Assembly: GCA_965224575.1 (NCBI GenBank)
Contig: CBDCZQ010000001.1
Coordinates: 94,798-158,797, forward strand
DNA: 64,000 nucleotides
Reading direction: 5' to 3'
Source: Methylococcales bacterium
GTDB taxonomy: Bacteria > Pseudomonadota > Gammaproteobacteria > Methylococcales > Methylomonadaceae
Both the position numbers and the translations under genes were made by a program. This document shows positions 8,722-19,161 of this stretch, one piece after another. Positions within the stretch are counted from its first letter, which is position 1. Every line of letters starts with the position of its first letter. The notes under the pieces were generated by a model. The model searched no databases. It had not been told where the DNA came from and was given only the letters and a program-made list of their open reading frames with translations.

Positions 8722-9302
8722 ATGAAACTAAAGATATTAATTGCAAGTATTGCTTTACCTTTAATGATTGGCTCTGCAAATGCTGAAGCTGAAAAAAAAC
8801 AACCTCAGTAAATGCACCAAGACAATATAATAAAGTCTTTAATCCGCGCCAAAAAGAATACCCAAATCATTTAGGTTTTAATGACTTACATATCCAGGCC
8901 ATTAGACATCTTGTTCCTGATTCAAATGATGTAAATGACCCAAAACTACAAACAATCGTTCACCATCATTGCAAAGCATATGCTGACTCAACTTTCCTTT
9001 GCTTAATGTTCCATTCTGGTATGAAGGATCAGGATAAACCCATTGGTTTTGAATATATTATTACGACTGCCCAGTTTAATAAACTTCCAAAAGAAGAAAA
9101 AAAATACTGGCATTATCATAAAGAAGAAGTACCAAGAGCACATGCAACCTTTCCAGATTTGACTGCGGATGAAGCAGCTAAAATATTGCCTGATATTAAT
9201 GAAACTTATGGCAAAGTGGTTTACTTTCAACAGCCTCATCATGAGTTTTCATTAGGTGAACCTTATGTCGTGATTGTTCAAGATATGCCTGAGCAAGATT
9301 AA
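8722..9302 (+). pseudogene. DUF1264 (OBAP-like) secreted protein, frameshifted in an A8 tract
   Basis: The signal peptide MKLKILIASIALPLMIGSANAEAEKKQPQ* stops at 8809-8811. The next frame, open from 8793, continues NAPRQYNKVF...HLGFNDLHIQAIRHL...HHHCKAYADSTFLCLMFHSGMKDQDKPIGFEYIITTAQFNKLPKEEKKYWHYHKEEV. The switch falls in A8 at 8792-8799, and A9 would restore the frame. Confidence 0.6.
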
Positions 9303-9314
9303 AGTTAAATCATG

Positions 9315-9348
9315 TTGGTTGGGTTGCCAAAAAGACGGCCGCCCAACC
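9315..9348. repeat. Single-module copy of the GTTGGGTTGCC...CCCAACC hairpin repeat
   Basis: GTTGGTTGGGTTGCCAAAAAGACGGCCGCCCAACC resembles module 1 of the 6004-6165 family and the copy at 11127-11164. Confidence 0.6.
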
Positions 9349-9378
9349 AAACCAAACCAAACCAAACCAAACCAAACC
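9343..9378. repeat. Pentanucleotide microsatellite (CCAAA)6 plus partial units
   Basis: Six perfect CCAAA units at 9347-9376 with partial units on both sides. It lies between the convergent DUF1264 and cysN stop codons. Confidence 0.9.
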
Positions 9379-9387
9379 TTAGATAAA

Positions 9388-11022
9388 CTAATAAATAATT
9401 TTTTGTTGTTTCAGTTCGCTATAAATATCTTCAACTGATTGTCTCTCACAATCAAATGATACATTAGTTAATTCAGTTTGCTTGCCAAGAGAAATACAAA
9501 TTAAGCCCGCATTCTTTATAGCTAAAATTAACCCATCAATATCTGCGACTTGATCTTCAAGAACCGTTGCGGCATGCCCTGTATCAAATAATTTTCGTTC
9601 CAATTTATACGCAATTTCTTGGCTTGTAGAACCCACTAAATTAATGGCTGATGCTTTTTGGCTAAACCTGGCTGCTCTTTCGTCTTCAGAAACATTCGCT
9701 AAATCTTCATTTCCAGCTTCACCAGTAATCATACCCGCACCCACTGTCACGTTGCTTAAACGGTCGATTATGATAAAAGCCCCTGTGCTTTTATTTAGTT
9801 TATAGGGATCAAATACAACGGGGGCATTAACTGAAATAGTACATGATGCAATTTCATTTAATTGTAAATTATCTGCATCATGATGCTCTAATGTATTAAC
9901 ATCAATTCTGTAATTAATTGAAGAAATTGAGCCAGAAACACTGCGAGTTGCCAGTTTGATAATATATTGACGAGCAGGAGACATAACTTGTTCTGACATC
10001 CAAACTATTGATGCATTAAATTTATCCGTAACTATGGCTGATAAAGAACCTGAACCAACAATCATATCACCACGGCTAATATCTATTTCATCCTCCATTG
10101 TTAATGTGACAGCCATAGGTGGAAAGGCTTTTTCTAAATCACCTTCATAGGTCACAATAGATTTTATTTTGCTTGTTTTACCAGAAGGTAATACGCTGAT
10201 TTGATCGCCTTTATTAAAGATACCTGAGGCGACTGTTCCACAAAATCCACGAAAATCAAGGTTTGGTCGGTTAACATATTGGACAGGAAAACGTGCATCT
10301 TCAAAATTATGATCATGAACTATGCTAATCGTATTTAACAGATCCATCATCGCCTTTCCTGTATACCAAGGCATATTTTTACTTGGGTTAACGACATTAT
10401 CTCCGTCTAAAGCAGACATGGGAATAAAGTGAATGTCGTCCAAATCAATTTTTGAAGTAAAGTCTAAATAATCTTGTTTAATTTTATCGAAAGTGTCCTC
10501 GCTATATTCCACTAAATCCATTTTATTTACTGCAACAATAATATGTTTAATACCCAATAATGAAGCAATAAAACTATGCCTTTTAGTTTGTGTTTGCACA
10601 CCATAACGTGCATCAATCAAAATCACAGCAAGATCACAAGTTGATGCGCCCGTTGCCATGTTGCGTGTGTATTGTTCATGGCCAGGGGTGTCGGCAATAA
10701 TGAACTTACGTGTTGAGGTAGAAAAGTAGCGGTAGGCAACATCAATGGTAATTCCCTGTTCACGTTCTGCTTGTAAACCATCCACTAACAAAGCTAAATC
10801 AATTTTACCTGCACCGGTAGTGCCAGATTTTACGCTATCTGATTTAACAGCGCTTAACTGGTCTTCATAAATCATTTTTGAGTCGTATAACAAACGACCA
10901 ATTAGGGTACTTTTACCATCATCCACATTTCCACAAGTTAAAAAACGTAATAGCTCCTTACGTTCATGTTCAGCTAAATATTCATTAATGTCTGTACTGA
11001 TTAAATCAGATTGGTGGGACAT
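9388..11022 (-). CDS. cysN: Sulfate adenylyltransferase subunit 1 (GTPase) with a ~95-aa degenerate APS-kinase-like tail
   Basis: G-domain motifs [23 protein letters not shown] and NKMD, with EF-Tu-like domains II and III. At 544 aa it is longer than a plain CysN of about 475 aa. The tail reads [42 protein letters not shown]. Confidence 0.92.
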   Translation of the reverse strand: MSHQSDLISTDINEYLAEHERKELLRFLTCGNVDDGKSTLIGRLLYDSKMIYEDQLSAVKSDSVKSGTTGAGKIDLALLVDGLQAEREQGITIDVAYRYFSTSTRKFIIADTPGHEQYTRNMATGASTCDLAVILIDARYGVQTQTKRHSFIASLLGIKHIIVAVNKMDLVEYSEDTFDKIKQDYLDFTSKIDLDDIHFIPMSALDGDNVVNPSKNMPWYTGKAMMDLLNTISIVHDHNFEDARFPVQYVNRPNLDFRGFCGTVASGIFNKGDQISVLPSGKTSKIKSIVTYEGDLEKAFPPMAVTLTMEDEIDISRGDMIVGSGSLSAIVTDKFNASIVWMSEQVMSPARQYIIKLATRSVSGSISSINYRIDVNTLEHHDADNLQLNEIASCTISVNAPVVFDPYKLNKSTGAFIIIDRLSNVTVGAGMITGEAGNEDLANVSEDERAARFSQKASAINLVGSTSQEIAYKLERKLFDTGHAATVLEDQVADIDGLILAIKNAGLICISLGKQTELTNVSFDCERQSVEDIYSELKQQKIIY

Positions 11023-11126
11023 GGGAGATCCTTTAAAAATTTTTGGTGGTAGATGAAAGTAGCTTTTAGGCTAACATATTAACTATGGTGCATTGTGCCG
11101 CTAATATAGCTTACTCTTTCACCTTC

Positions 11127-11164
11127 TTGTTGGGTTGTCAAAAAGACGACAGCCCAACCTACAA
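11127..11164. repeat. Single-module hairpin repeat inserted between cysD and cysN
   Basis: TTGTTGGGTTGTCAAAAAGACGACAGCCCAACCTACAA, the same family as 9315-9348 and module 1 of 6004-6165. Confidence 0.65.
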
Positions 11165-11181
11165 TAATAGTGGGTGTGCTT

Positions 11182-12090
11182 TTAAAAATACCCTTCGCGT
11201 TTTTTTTGCTCCATAGAACCGGACTGATCATGATCTATTAATCTACCTTGCCGTTCTGATGTGGTGGTTAGAAGCATTTCCTGAATAATTTCAGGCAAAG
11301 TTGTTGCTTCTGATTCGACTGCTCCTGTCAAGGGATAGCAACCCAATGTTCTAAAACGTACCATTTTCATTTCAATTTTTTCATCAGCTCCAATTGGCAT
11401 ACGATCATCATCAACCATAATGAGCATTCCATCTTTATTAACAACGGGACGTTCTTTAGCAAAATAAAGTGGAACAATAGGAATATTTTCTAGGTGTATA
11501 TATTGCCAAACATCTAATTCAGTCCAATTAGAAATTGGAAAAACACGAATACTTTCTCCTTTATCCAATTTACCGTTATAAATATTCCATAATTCTGGTC
11601 GTTGGTTTTTCGGATCCCACCGATGATTTTTATCTCGAAAAGAATAAACTCGTTCTTTTGCCCGAGATTTTTCTTCATCTCGACGAGCACCACCAAAGGC
11701 AGCATCAAATTGATATTTATCCAATGCTTGTTTTAAACCATCTGTTTTCATTACATCAGTATGTTTTTTACTGCCGTGAGTAAAAGGACCAATACCTTGA
11801 TCAATTCCATCCTGATTACTATAAACAATAATATCAAGTCCTAAGTCATTGATCATTTTATCCCTAAATTCAATCATTTCCTTAAATTTCCATTTAGTAT
11901 CAACATGCATCATTGGAAAAGGAGGCTTACCAGGATAAAAAGCTTTCATGGTTAAATGTAGCATCACTGCAGAATCTTTACCGACAGAATACAACATCAC
12001 TGGCTTATCAAATTCAGCCGCTACTTCACGGATAATATGAATACTTTCTGCTTCAAGTTGTTTGAGATGAGTTAATTTATAATCAGTCAT
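11182..12090 (-). CDS. cysD: Sulfate adenylyltransferase subunit 2
   Basis: 302 aa. PAPS-reductase/ATP-PPase fold motifs [37 protein letters not shown] and the ending ...[12 protein letters not shown], typical of CysD. Confidence 0.93.
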   Translation of the reverse strand: MTDYKLTHLKQLEAESIHIIREVAAEFDKPVMLYSVGKDSAVMLHLTMKAFYPGKPPFPMMHVDTKWKFKEMIEFRDKMINDLGLDIIVYSNQDGIDQGIGPFTHGSKKHTDVMKTDGLKQALDKYQFDAAFGGARRDEEKSRAKERVYSFRDKNHRWDPKNQRPELWNIYNGKLDKGESIRVFPISNWTELDVWQYIHLENIPIVPLYFAKERPVVNKDGMLIMVDDDRMPIGADEKIEMKMVRFRTLGCYPLTGAVESEATTLPEIIQEMLLTTTSERQGRLIDHDQSGSMEQKKREGYF

Positions 12091-12587
12091 TAATGAGGTT
12101 TCCGTAGCGCAAAATCATACTTGTATTAAACTCACTATTTTAAAACTAATTTGATCTGATTGCTAGAAGGAGATGAGAGTAATGTATCAATTATAAAAAA
12201 TAGATTCATTAAAATGATAAAGTTTCTACTATTTTCTTCTGGATCTTACAAAACTTTATAAAAAAAGTTATTCTCTTGTTATAGCCTTCTGCGAAGGCAT
12301 CAGCGGAAAAGAAATCTATTGTTGAAAGAGCGGAAGCTGAGTGCTGTGACTCAAGGTTTGATGTGGAAAAGTTAACATGGATGTGAAAAACATAAGCCAT
12401 CCTTATTTATTGGGCACCTTTTGTATTGGTAGGTGAGTGGCATTAAGTAGGAGGGGCTTTCAGCCGCGACCGAATCAGGAGAAATTGCGGCTAAAACCAG
12501 AAAAATTAAAACCTGTGAGCTAAATCATAGCTCATCATACAAAACTAGAAGAAGATAAGACTAAATGTTAAATAAAAGTTTTTAGTC

Positions 12588-15500
12588 ATGGTAAGGTTAA
12601 TTAATAACAAACAGATAGGAAGCATCATGCCATTCACCTTTTTTTATCGTTATACCCTTATATTAGTTGCCCTGTTCTTGACACTACTTTCAACTTCGGC
12701 GCAGTCAGCCACTAAATTTCAGCCTGATGCCATGTGGCCGAAACTAACACAAAGTGGGCGCTATTTTAATTTTCCTTCAGGCATTGCCCGCGATACACAA
12801 GGGCTGTTTTATATTACTGATACGGGAAGTCATAAGATTAAAGTATTAACGGCAGAAGGCGAATTATTACGGATTTGGGGTAATTTTGGTGATAAAGCTG
12901 GGCAGTTCAATCATCCTAGAGGTATTGCTATCTCTCCTTCGGGTGAAGTTTTTGTAGCAGATGCTAATAATAGTCGAATTCAGGTCTTTAGTTTAACCGG
13001 TCAGTTTTTACGCCAATGGGGAGACCACGGCAGTGCAAAGGAACAATTAGATTATCCAACGAATTTAGTGGTCAATCCACAAGGCCTTATTATTGTCAGT
13101 GATACTGCAAATGATCGCATTCAAGTTTTTGATGGAACTGGGCGCTGGATACAGACAGTTGGGGAAGGTCTGTTGACGAATCCTCACGGCATGGCTTTTA
13201 GCCCCACAGGTGAGTTATATATAGCAGATCGTACAAACCACCGGATCAGCATCTTTAGCGTAGAAGGAAACTATTTGCGTAGCTTTGGTGAAGAAGGCAC
13301 TGAATTAGGTCAGTTTGACGAGCCTCAGAATCTTGCTTTTGATGCACAGGGCTTGTTGTATGTGACTGAACTCGGCAACAATCGAGTTCAAGTATTTAAT
13401 CAGCAAGGTGAGGCCGTTACCCGTTGGGGAGGATTTACTAGCCCCGTTGGTCTCGTCATTGATAATAAAACTCAGACAGTTTATGTGGCCGAAAGAGCTA
13501 TTAATCGTATTGTACAAATTAATTTTCAGGGGGCTAAGAAAGACACATGGCAAAGCCAGGGCAGTGAGCCAGGTGAACTCTCATTCCCTTTAGTATCCGT
13601 TAATCCTCAAGGTAATGTTTATGTTGCTGATTTACTGAATGACCGAATTCAGGTCTTTTCATCCACCGGTGAGTTACTGCAAAATTTTGGTGCGTCTGGG
13701 AGAGAACCAGGTCAATTTCTGTTCCCAATTGCTGTAGCTTTTGACTCGCAACAACGTGTTTATGTTGCTGATTTTGTAAATGATCGTATTCAAGTTTTTG
13801 ATCAACAAGGCAACTACCTCCGACATTTTGGTGTTTCTGGAAGTGGTGAACAACAACTGAATCATCCTAGAAATTTATTTATCAATAACGGTTTACTTTA
13901 TATAAGCGATCTTTTTAATGATCGAGTACAGGTTTTTACTTTAGACGGTGTGTGGGTGCGTGGCTGGGGAGAAAAAGGAACGGGGCAAGGGCAATTTAAT
14001 CAACCTGATGGTATTGTGGTTGATGATCAAGGGCAAGTTTATGTTGTAGATAGTGGAAACAATAGAATTCAGGTATTTGATGAAAAAGGCACCTTTCTTG
14101 GTCAATGGGGAAACAAGGGGAGTGAGCCGAGTGAATTTAACTTCCCTACCGGCTTAGCTCTTTCCCCAAATGGCTTACTGTATGTGGCCGATGCGGTAAA
14201 CAACCGCATTCAAGTCTTTCAACGTGATGGTACCTTTATTGAAAGTATTGGCAGTGCCGGTACACAAGCTGGGCAACTAGCTCAACCTTATTCTGTTGCC
14301 TTAATTGATGAAGATACCTTGGTCATAGGGGAGCGTTCCAATAATAGAGTCCAGGTCTTGCGCCGTAAAGAGGTCGTAACATCACCTCACAAAGCCATTA
14401 TTTTAGCGGGTGGCGGTTTGCCCACTGAAACACATTTTAATGCCTTATGGGATTCGACTCAGTTACTCAGTAATAATGCCTATTTTGCTTTACGTGCACA
14501 AGGCTATAACAAGGATGCTATTAAATTTTTAAGCTCGGGAAATTTGGGCAATGATTTAGATGAAAATGGCAAAGCCGATGATTTAGAAGCTGCAACACTG
14601 GTTTCTTTAGAGCAATCTATCACTAACTGGGCAAGTGATGCGGGGGATGTATTGATATATCTAATTGACCATGGGGGGCCAGGCACTTTCAAAATCAACC
14701 AGAATGAAATACTCAGTCGAGAACAACTGAAACAATGGGTTGATAGTTTACAAAGTAAGACAAATGGAAAAGTCACTGTGGTTATTGAGGCCTGTCAATC
14801 CGCCAGTTTTTTTGATGGTCTAGGAACTAATAATCGCATATTAATTGCCAGTGCAGATAAAGAACAACCTGCGGTCATCAGTAATCAGGGAATGAATTCC
14901 TTTTCCTATCACTTCTGGTACGCTGTACATACAGGGCAACCTTTACTTCAGGCGTTTAAAAAAGCCCAACAAGGAATGAGCAGCCAAACTGTGTTGGTTA
15001 ACAATAAGGAACAAAGACAAAAAGCCCAACTTGAAGCGGATGGCAATGGTCTATTTGATAACGCTGACGAAACGGTACTTGGTGATTACTGCCTGGGAAA
15101 TTGTCAACAATTGGCTGCTGACGAACCTCAATTAACGCCCATAACTACTAGCTCCACGCTCAACGGTGAAATCAAACTTGCCCTCAGCGTACAAGTCACA
15201 AGCTTAGCGCCGATTAGCCGTGCCTGGGCAATTATCAGTCGCCCAGATGTCAATCATACAGATCTTAATCAACCTATTACCGACCTGCCACAGATTCCTC
15301 TACTCTGTACAGAACAGGAAGCAGGCAAATACCTTTGCCAAGGTGAATACCCATCATTTGATGTCAATGGAGACTACAACATTACGTTTTATGCTAGTGA
15401 TACTCAAGCACGCACCAGTGTGCCAAACACCAGTATCACCATAAAACAGACAGCGGGTAAAGATAATACACTCAGTACCTCCAAATACAGTACACTTTAT

Positions 15501-15794
15501 GATGTAAAAACTGGTGCTGTTACTCTACAAGATGTTGTAGTAGAAGGGCAACACTATCGAGTGAACTTGCAATCCCAAAATGATCTCTTTGTGTTGACCT
15601 CTGTTGACCCCACAACACGGTTTTTTGAAATTCCAGCTCAATTCAATTTTGAAAGCGGATTGTTAGCAATTCCACAGGTCGAGGTAAATGGTCATATCTA
15701 TTCAGCAAATTTACAAAAGCAGACTGGTGAGGGTTTTGTCTTTAAGTTAGACAATGTCATTGATTTTGGTGTTTCACGTAGGGTGGAAAAGTGA
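12588..15794 (+). CDS. Secreted 12-blade NHL-repeat protein fused to a legumain-like (peptidase C13) domain and a ~330-aa C-terminal region
   Basis: Twelve repeats ending xRIQVF (HKIKVL, SRIQVF, DRIQVF, HRISIF, NRVQVF...). These are followed by AIILAGGG...LIYLIDHGGPG...VTVVIEACQSASF, a His-Gly / Cys dyad context like legumain DHGxPG / IEACxSxS. The likely true start is ATG 12627 (MPFTFFYRYTLILVALFLTLLSTSAQS) with an AGGAAG RBS. Confidence 0.8.
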   Translation: MVRLINNKQIGSIMPFTFFYRYTLILVALFLTLLSTSAQSATKFQPDAMWPKLTQSGRYFNFPSGIARDTQGLFYITDTGSHKIKVLTAEGELLRIWGNFGDKAGQFNHPRGIAISPSGEVFVADANNSRIQVFSLTGQFLRQWGDHGSAKEQLDYPTNLVVNPQGLIIVSDTANDRIQVFDGTGRWIQTVGEGLLTNPHGMAFSPTGELYIADRTNHRISIFSVEGNYLRSFGEEGTELGQFDEPQNLAFDAQGLLYVTELGNNRVQVFNQQGEAVTRWGGFTSPVGLVIDNKTQTVYVAERAINRIVQINFQGAKKDTWQSQGSEPGELSFPLVSVNPQGNVYVADLLNDRIQVFSSTGELLQNFGASGREPGQFLFPIAVAFDSQQRVYVADFVNDRIQVFDQQGNYLRHFGVSGSGEQQLNHPRNLFINNGLLYISDLFNDRVQVFTLDGVWVRGWGEKGTGQGQFNQPDGIVVDDQGQVYVVDSGNNRIQVFDEKGTFLGQWGNKGSEPSEFNFPTGLALSPNGLLYVADAVNNRIQVFQRDGTFIESIGSAGTQAGQLAQPYSVALIDEDTLVIGERSNNRVQVLRRKEVVTSPHKAIILAGGGLPTETHFNALWDSTQLLSNNAYFALRAQGYNKDAIKFLSSGNLGNDLDENGKADDLEAATLVSLEQSITNWASDAGDVLIYLIDHGGPGTFKINQNEILSREQLKQWVDSLQSKTNGKVTVVIEACQSASFFDGLGTNNRILIASADKEQPAVISNQGMNSFSYHFWYAVHTGQPLLQAFKKAQQGMSSQTVLVNNKEQRQKAQLEADGNGLFDNADETVLGDYCLGNCQQLAADEPQLTPITTSSTLNGEIKLALSVQVTSLAPISRAWAIISRPDVNHTDLNQPITDLPQIPLLCTEQEAGKYLCQGEYPSFDVNGDYNITFYASDTQARTSVPNTSITIKQTAGKDNTLSTSKYSTLYDVKTGAVTLQDVVVEGQHYRVNLQSQNDLFVLTSVDPTTRFFEIPAQFNFESGLLAIPQVEVNGHIYSANLQKQTGEGFVFKLDNVIDFGVSRRVEK

Positions 15795-16693
15795 TAACGC
15801 CTTCCACCGTTTGCCAATAATAAAAATGTTGGATGACGCTATCGAGACTGTGAAAGTATTAAGAATCCAAACGCGAATAATATCCACACCTGAAATACAG
15901 ATTAACGTAGATAGTAATGGCTCTACGACGCTATCAACAAACTTTAAATCGACAGCAAGATTGTTGTTACTCTCGGGAAATTTTCGGGGTCTGGTCTTGC
16001 CATACCATACTGATAGCTATAACCAAAAAATCCATCCGATAAAGACGGGTGGCCTTGGTGTTATTCTTTTAGATTAAGACCTCATAACAATGCACTATTC
16101 TAAGTAGATCAACTTCCAATCAAAAGATTAAGGTAAGTTGATTACAAAGTTATAAATTATCATGGCTATTAACAAAACACAGGTTATCTAAATAATTAGC
16201 CCCTCTCGTTTCCATGCTCCTGCGTGGAAATCTACCAGCCTACTGAAACAGCTCGGTATGCATTCCCCCGCGGACGATGGACGAAAAACCTGTGGTTTGT
16301 TTACAGTCATGTAAATTATTTAGTCATTAATTTGTCATATTAATTTCAGATAATTAGCTCGTTATTAATTAAAAATGAGAATCAGAATGAATGCATTTGA
16401 AAATAAACACTTCGCTCCTTCCTTTGAAGTTAAATTTATCTTAAATGAGCGGAACAAATACAATGTTAGAATGGAATATGAATATCTGGGTTTTGATAAG
16501 CATGGACTAGACTTATCTTCCAAAACGAACCACTTTGTTATAAAAGCCTTATATTCAATTCGATTACGATTATGGAACATTGCCTTAAATCAAAGAGGTG
16601 GAATTAGAAATTTTCGTGAAATTCCCTAAAAGCTTGTTGGTAGTTAATTTATGATATGGGGTTTCAAAACTTATAATTAACTTTAGCATTCTC

Positions 16694-17746
16694 TTACTCT
16701 AGATATGTAACAAAACCACTATAATCAATTGGTAAAATATTTTCAGAGTTGCTCAGTATATTTAATACTTCTTGAATTTGCGCATTTAACTCTTTAAAAA
16801 CCAAAAAATAATATTCACTGCAAATAGGAGAAAAATATAAATTCAATCGTTTTGCAGCACTTTCTATTCCTATCGTTACATCGGCCTGTTTGCTAGCAAT
16901 CATACTTGCCACGGCTAAGTGTGTATGTTCCTCATGATAATATCCTTTAATATTTTCCTGCTTTATATTCTTTTGGTTTAATAAATTATCAACTAATAAA
17001 CGTGTACCTGATCCAATTTGTCGATTAACAAATATTAATTGCTTATCTACAATATCTTGTAATGAATCGACTGGGTTATAGGGATAACTAATAATTCCCT
17101 GTTGACGTCGTTCTAATAATACAAATTGATCCTGTTTTTTATCTAAATGTTGTGTGTATTCAGCTAATTGGTGATGATGTTTTCCCCTCGTTATAATATG
17201 AAACCCTGCCATATTGCACTTTTTTTTTGCATAAGCAGCTAATGCTGCCCCACTTCCATCTATGTGTATTTCAATAGGGACATTGTATTGGCGGAGTTTA
17301 TTGATTTTTTCTGAATCACTAGCAACAATTATTAATTGTTGTGATTTGGTCAATTCTGTCTGTAACAATTGATTTGCTTTCTCATTTGATGTTGTTAAAG
17401 AAGGCTTTATATTTTGCTTATTTTTTTCTGTAATATCTATAAGCTTTTTTCCAAGTTCACTTAGATGAGTCCCTTTACCCCTTTGCTTTTTTACTAACGC
17501 CAAGCCAAAAAGTTCTTTCATTTGATTAAGTAGATTCTAGGCTTTTCGGTATGAATAGCCACAATGATTAGCTGCAGTTTGTAGGTTGTTTTCATCTTGG
17601 ATTGCTTTTAGCAACTTTAATGCTGGCTCAAAATCATAATTAATATCATTGATTACCAGGCTGGAATGTAGTTCGTATTGTATTTTTATTTTATTCATGT
17701 AATTTAATACATATTTTAAAAAAATATAACTAGTTATATAATGCAT
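16694..17746 (-). pseudogene. ModE-N/TunR-like oxyanion-responsive regulator (winged HTH plus PBP-like domain) with an in-frame TAG
   Basis: ORFs 17746-17537 and 17521-16694 are in the same frame. Across the junction the sequence reads ...NHCGYSYRKA*NLLNQMKELFGLALVKKQRGKGTHLSELGKKL. The TAG (17537-17539) sits where ModE-type HTHs have the conserved Trp (SYKSAWD). Confidence 0.7.
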
Positions 17747-17817
17747 AAAAATAACAATAATTTCAATATTACCCTAATTTAATTATGTATTTTTTTTCAT
17801 AAAGGGAAAAGTCAAAG

Positions 17818-19161
17818 ATGAAGATTAAAAAGTTAGCTTTGCTAGGGGCAATCTGCGGAACCATTACACCTCAAGTTCAGGCCGAGTCAGAATTACTCTT
17901 ATTAATCGAAATGTTACATAATAATGGCACAGTTGATGATGCTCAGTATCAACGTTTATTGGATGAAATTAATGCAGATAAAGCACCTAGCATTAAAAAA
18001 GAAAATATAGCTGTTCAAAATACAAAAAAGCCAAATGAAAAACAGCCATCCGTTGAAATTACAGTTGATAAAGGAGGGATTCAATTTAAATCAAACGATA
18101 ACGAGTTTTCAGCTAAAATTGGTGGTCGAGTCCAGCTAGATTCTGTCTGGTATGATGAAGATGGTGCTGAAATGGGGAATGGAACAGAAATACGCCGTGC
18201 CAGACTCTATATTCAAGGACATATGTTTTACGACTGGGGGTATAAGTTTCAATATGATTTTACTGGTTCTGGCAAAGGAGGAATAAAAGATGCATTCCTT
18301 ACTTACAATGGTTTTGATTCTATTCAATTAAAAGCCGGTAATTTTAAAGATCCTTTTATGCTACAGGAACAAACCAGTTCTAAATACGTTACCTTTACTG
18401 AAAGATCATTACTTGATACTTTTTCATCAGGACGTCACCTCGGTGTAATGGCTTCTACAAAACATAAACATTGGACAGCTTCTGCTGGTTTTTTTGGTGA
18501 TTCGGTCAGTACCTCTGAAAGAGGAAAAGATGAAGGCTGGAGTGTTTCTAGCCGGTTAACCTATGCACCATTTAATGAAAAAACACGACTGATCCATTTT
18601 GGACTTGCAAGTGATTATCGCGATACGGGTGATGAAGGAATAGTACGATTTAAACAGCAACCAGAGACACATGTTTCGGGCACTAATATTATAGACACTG
18701 GCGTTATTGATTTTGCAGATACTACATTTAAATTGGGTGCTGAATTTGCAGTTATTGAAGGGCCGTTTTCACTTCAATCTGAATATATCTGGTCAAAGGT
18801 TGAGCGTAATGGAGTGGCTGATCTTGATTTTGATGGTTGGTATGCAGAAGCAGCTTTCTTTTTGACAGGTGAATCACGCCATTATAAAAAAGGAAAATTT
18901 GGTGGGATTTCTCCTAAAGCGGTTGTCGGGCGAGGAGGTTTAGGGGCATGGCAACTTGCAGCACGTTATAGCTCAGTTGATCTGAATGACCATGAAGTAG
19001 AAGGCGGACAAGCGGATAGTGTAACGGTTGGAATCAACTGGTTTCCAACCTCTACGCTTCGATTTTCCGGAAATTATGTTAATGTTTTAGATAATGATGG
19101 TGGATCTCATCATGGCGAAGAGCCAAGTTTATTTCAGGTTCGTGGACAGTGGGCATTTTAA
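17818..19161 (+). CDS. Anion-selective porin of the OprO/OprP family
   Basis: Signal peptide ending VQAESE. Family-like blocks KIGGRVQLD, RRARLYIQG, WGYKFQYDF, LKAGNFKDPF, WQLAARYS, GINWFPTSTLRFSGNY and a terminal ...VRGQWAF. Confidence 0.8.
   Translation: MKIKKLALLGAICGTITPQVQAESELLLLIEMLHNNGTVDDAQYQRLLDEINADKAPSIKKENIAVQNTKKPNEKQPSVEITVDKGGIQFKSNDNEFSAKIGGRVQLDSVWYDEDGAEMGNGTEIRRARLYIQGHMFYDWGYKFQYDFTGSGKGGIKDAFLTYNGFDSIQLKAGNFKDPFMLQEQTSSKYVTFTERSLLDTFSSGRHLGVMASTKHKHWTASAGFFGDSVSTSERGKDEGWSVSSRLTYAPFNEKTRLIHFGLASDYRDTGDEGIVRFKQQPETHVSGTNIIDTGVIDFADTTFKLGAEFAVIEGPFSLQSEYIWSKVERNGVADLDFDGWYAEAAFFLTGESRHYKKGKFGGISPKAVVGRGGLGAWQLAARYSSVDLNDHEVEGGQADSVTVGINWFPTSTLRFSGNYVNVLDNDGGSHHGEEPSLFQVRGQWAF

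Noticed and set aside
12209-12400. ORF 12209-12400 (-) between cysD and the NHL gene.
   Set aside because: The 63-aa product has no motif, lies in a promoter-like AT-rich divergent region and has no RBS.
16205-16290. Imperfect palindromes (GTTTCCATGCTCCTGCGTGGAAA ... GCATTCCCCCGCGGACGATGG) and the hairpin GGGGCTTTCAGCCGCGACC...GCGGCTAAAACC at about 12455-12505, as additional REP-like repeat families.
   Set aside because: Only single copies are present in this window, so a repeat family cannot be demonstrated from the sequence given.
15754-16629. ORFs 15754-16077 (+) and 16375-16629 (+) as genes in the 900-bp gap after the NHL-peptidase gene.
   Set aside because: They have no signal peptide, RBS or family motif I can recognise. 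The 16375 product has a faint beta-strand, OMP-fragment-like pattern, but not enough to call it. Both are left unannotated.
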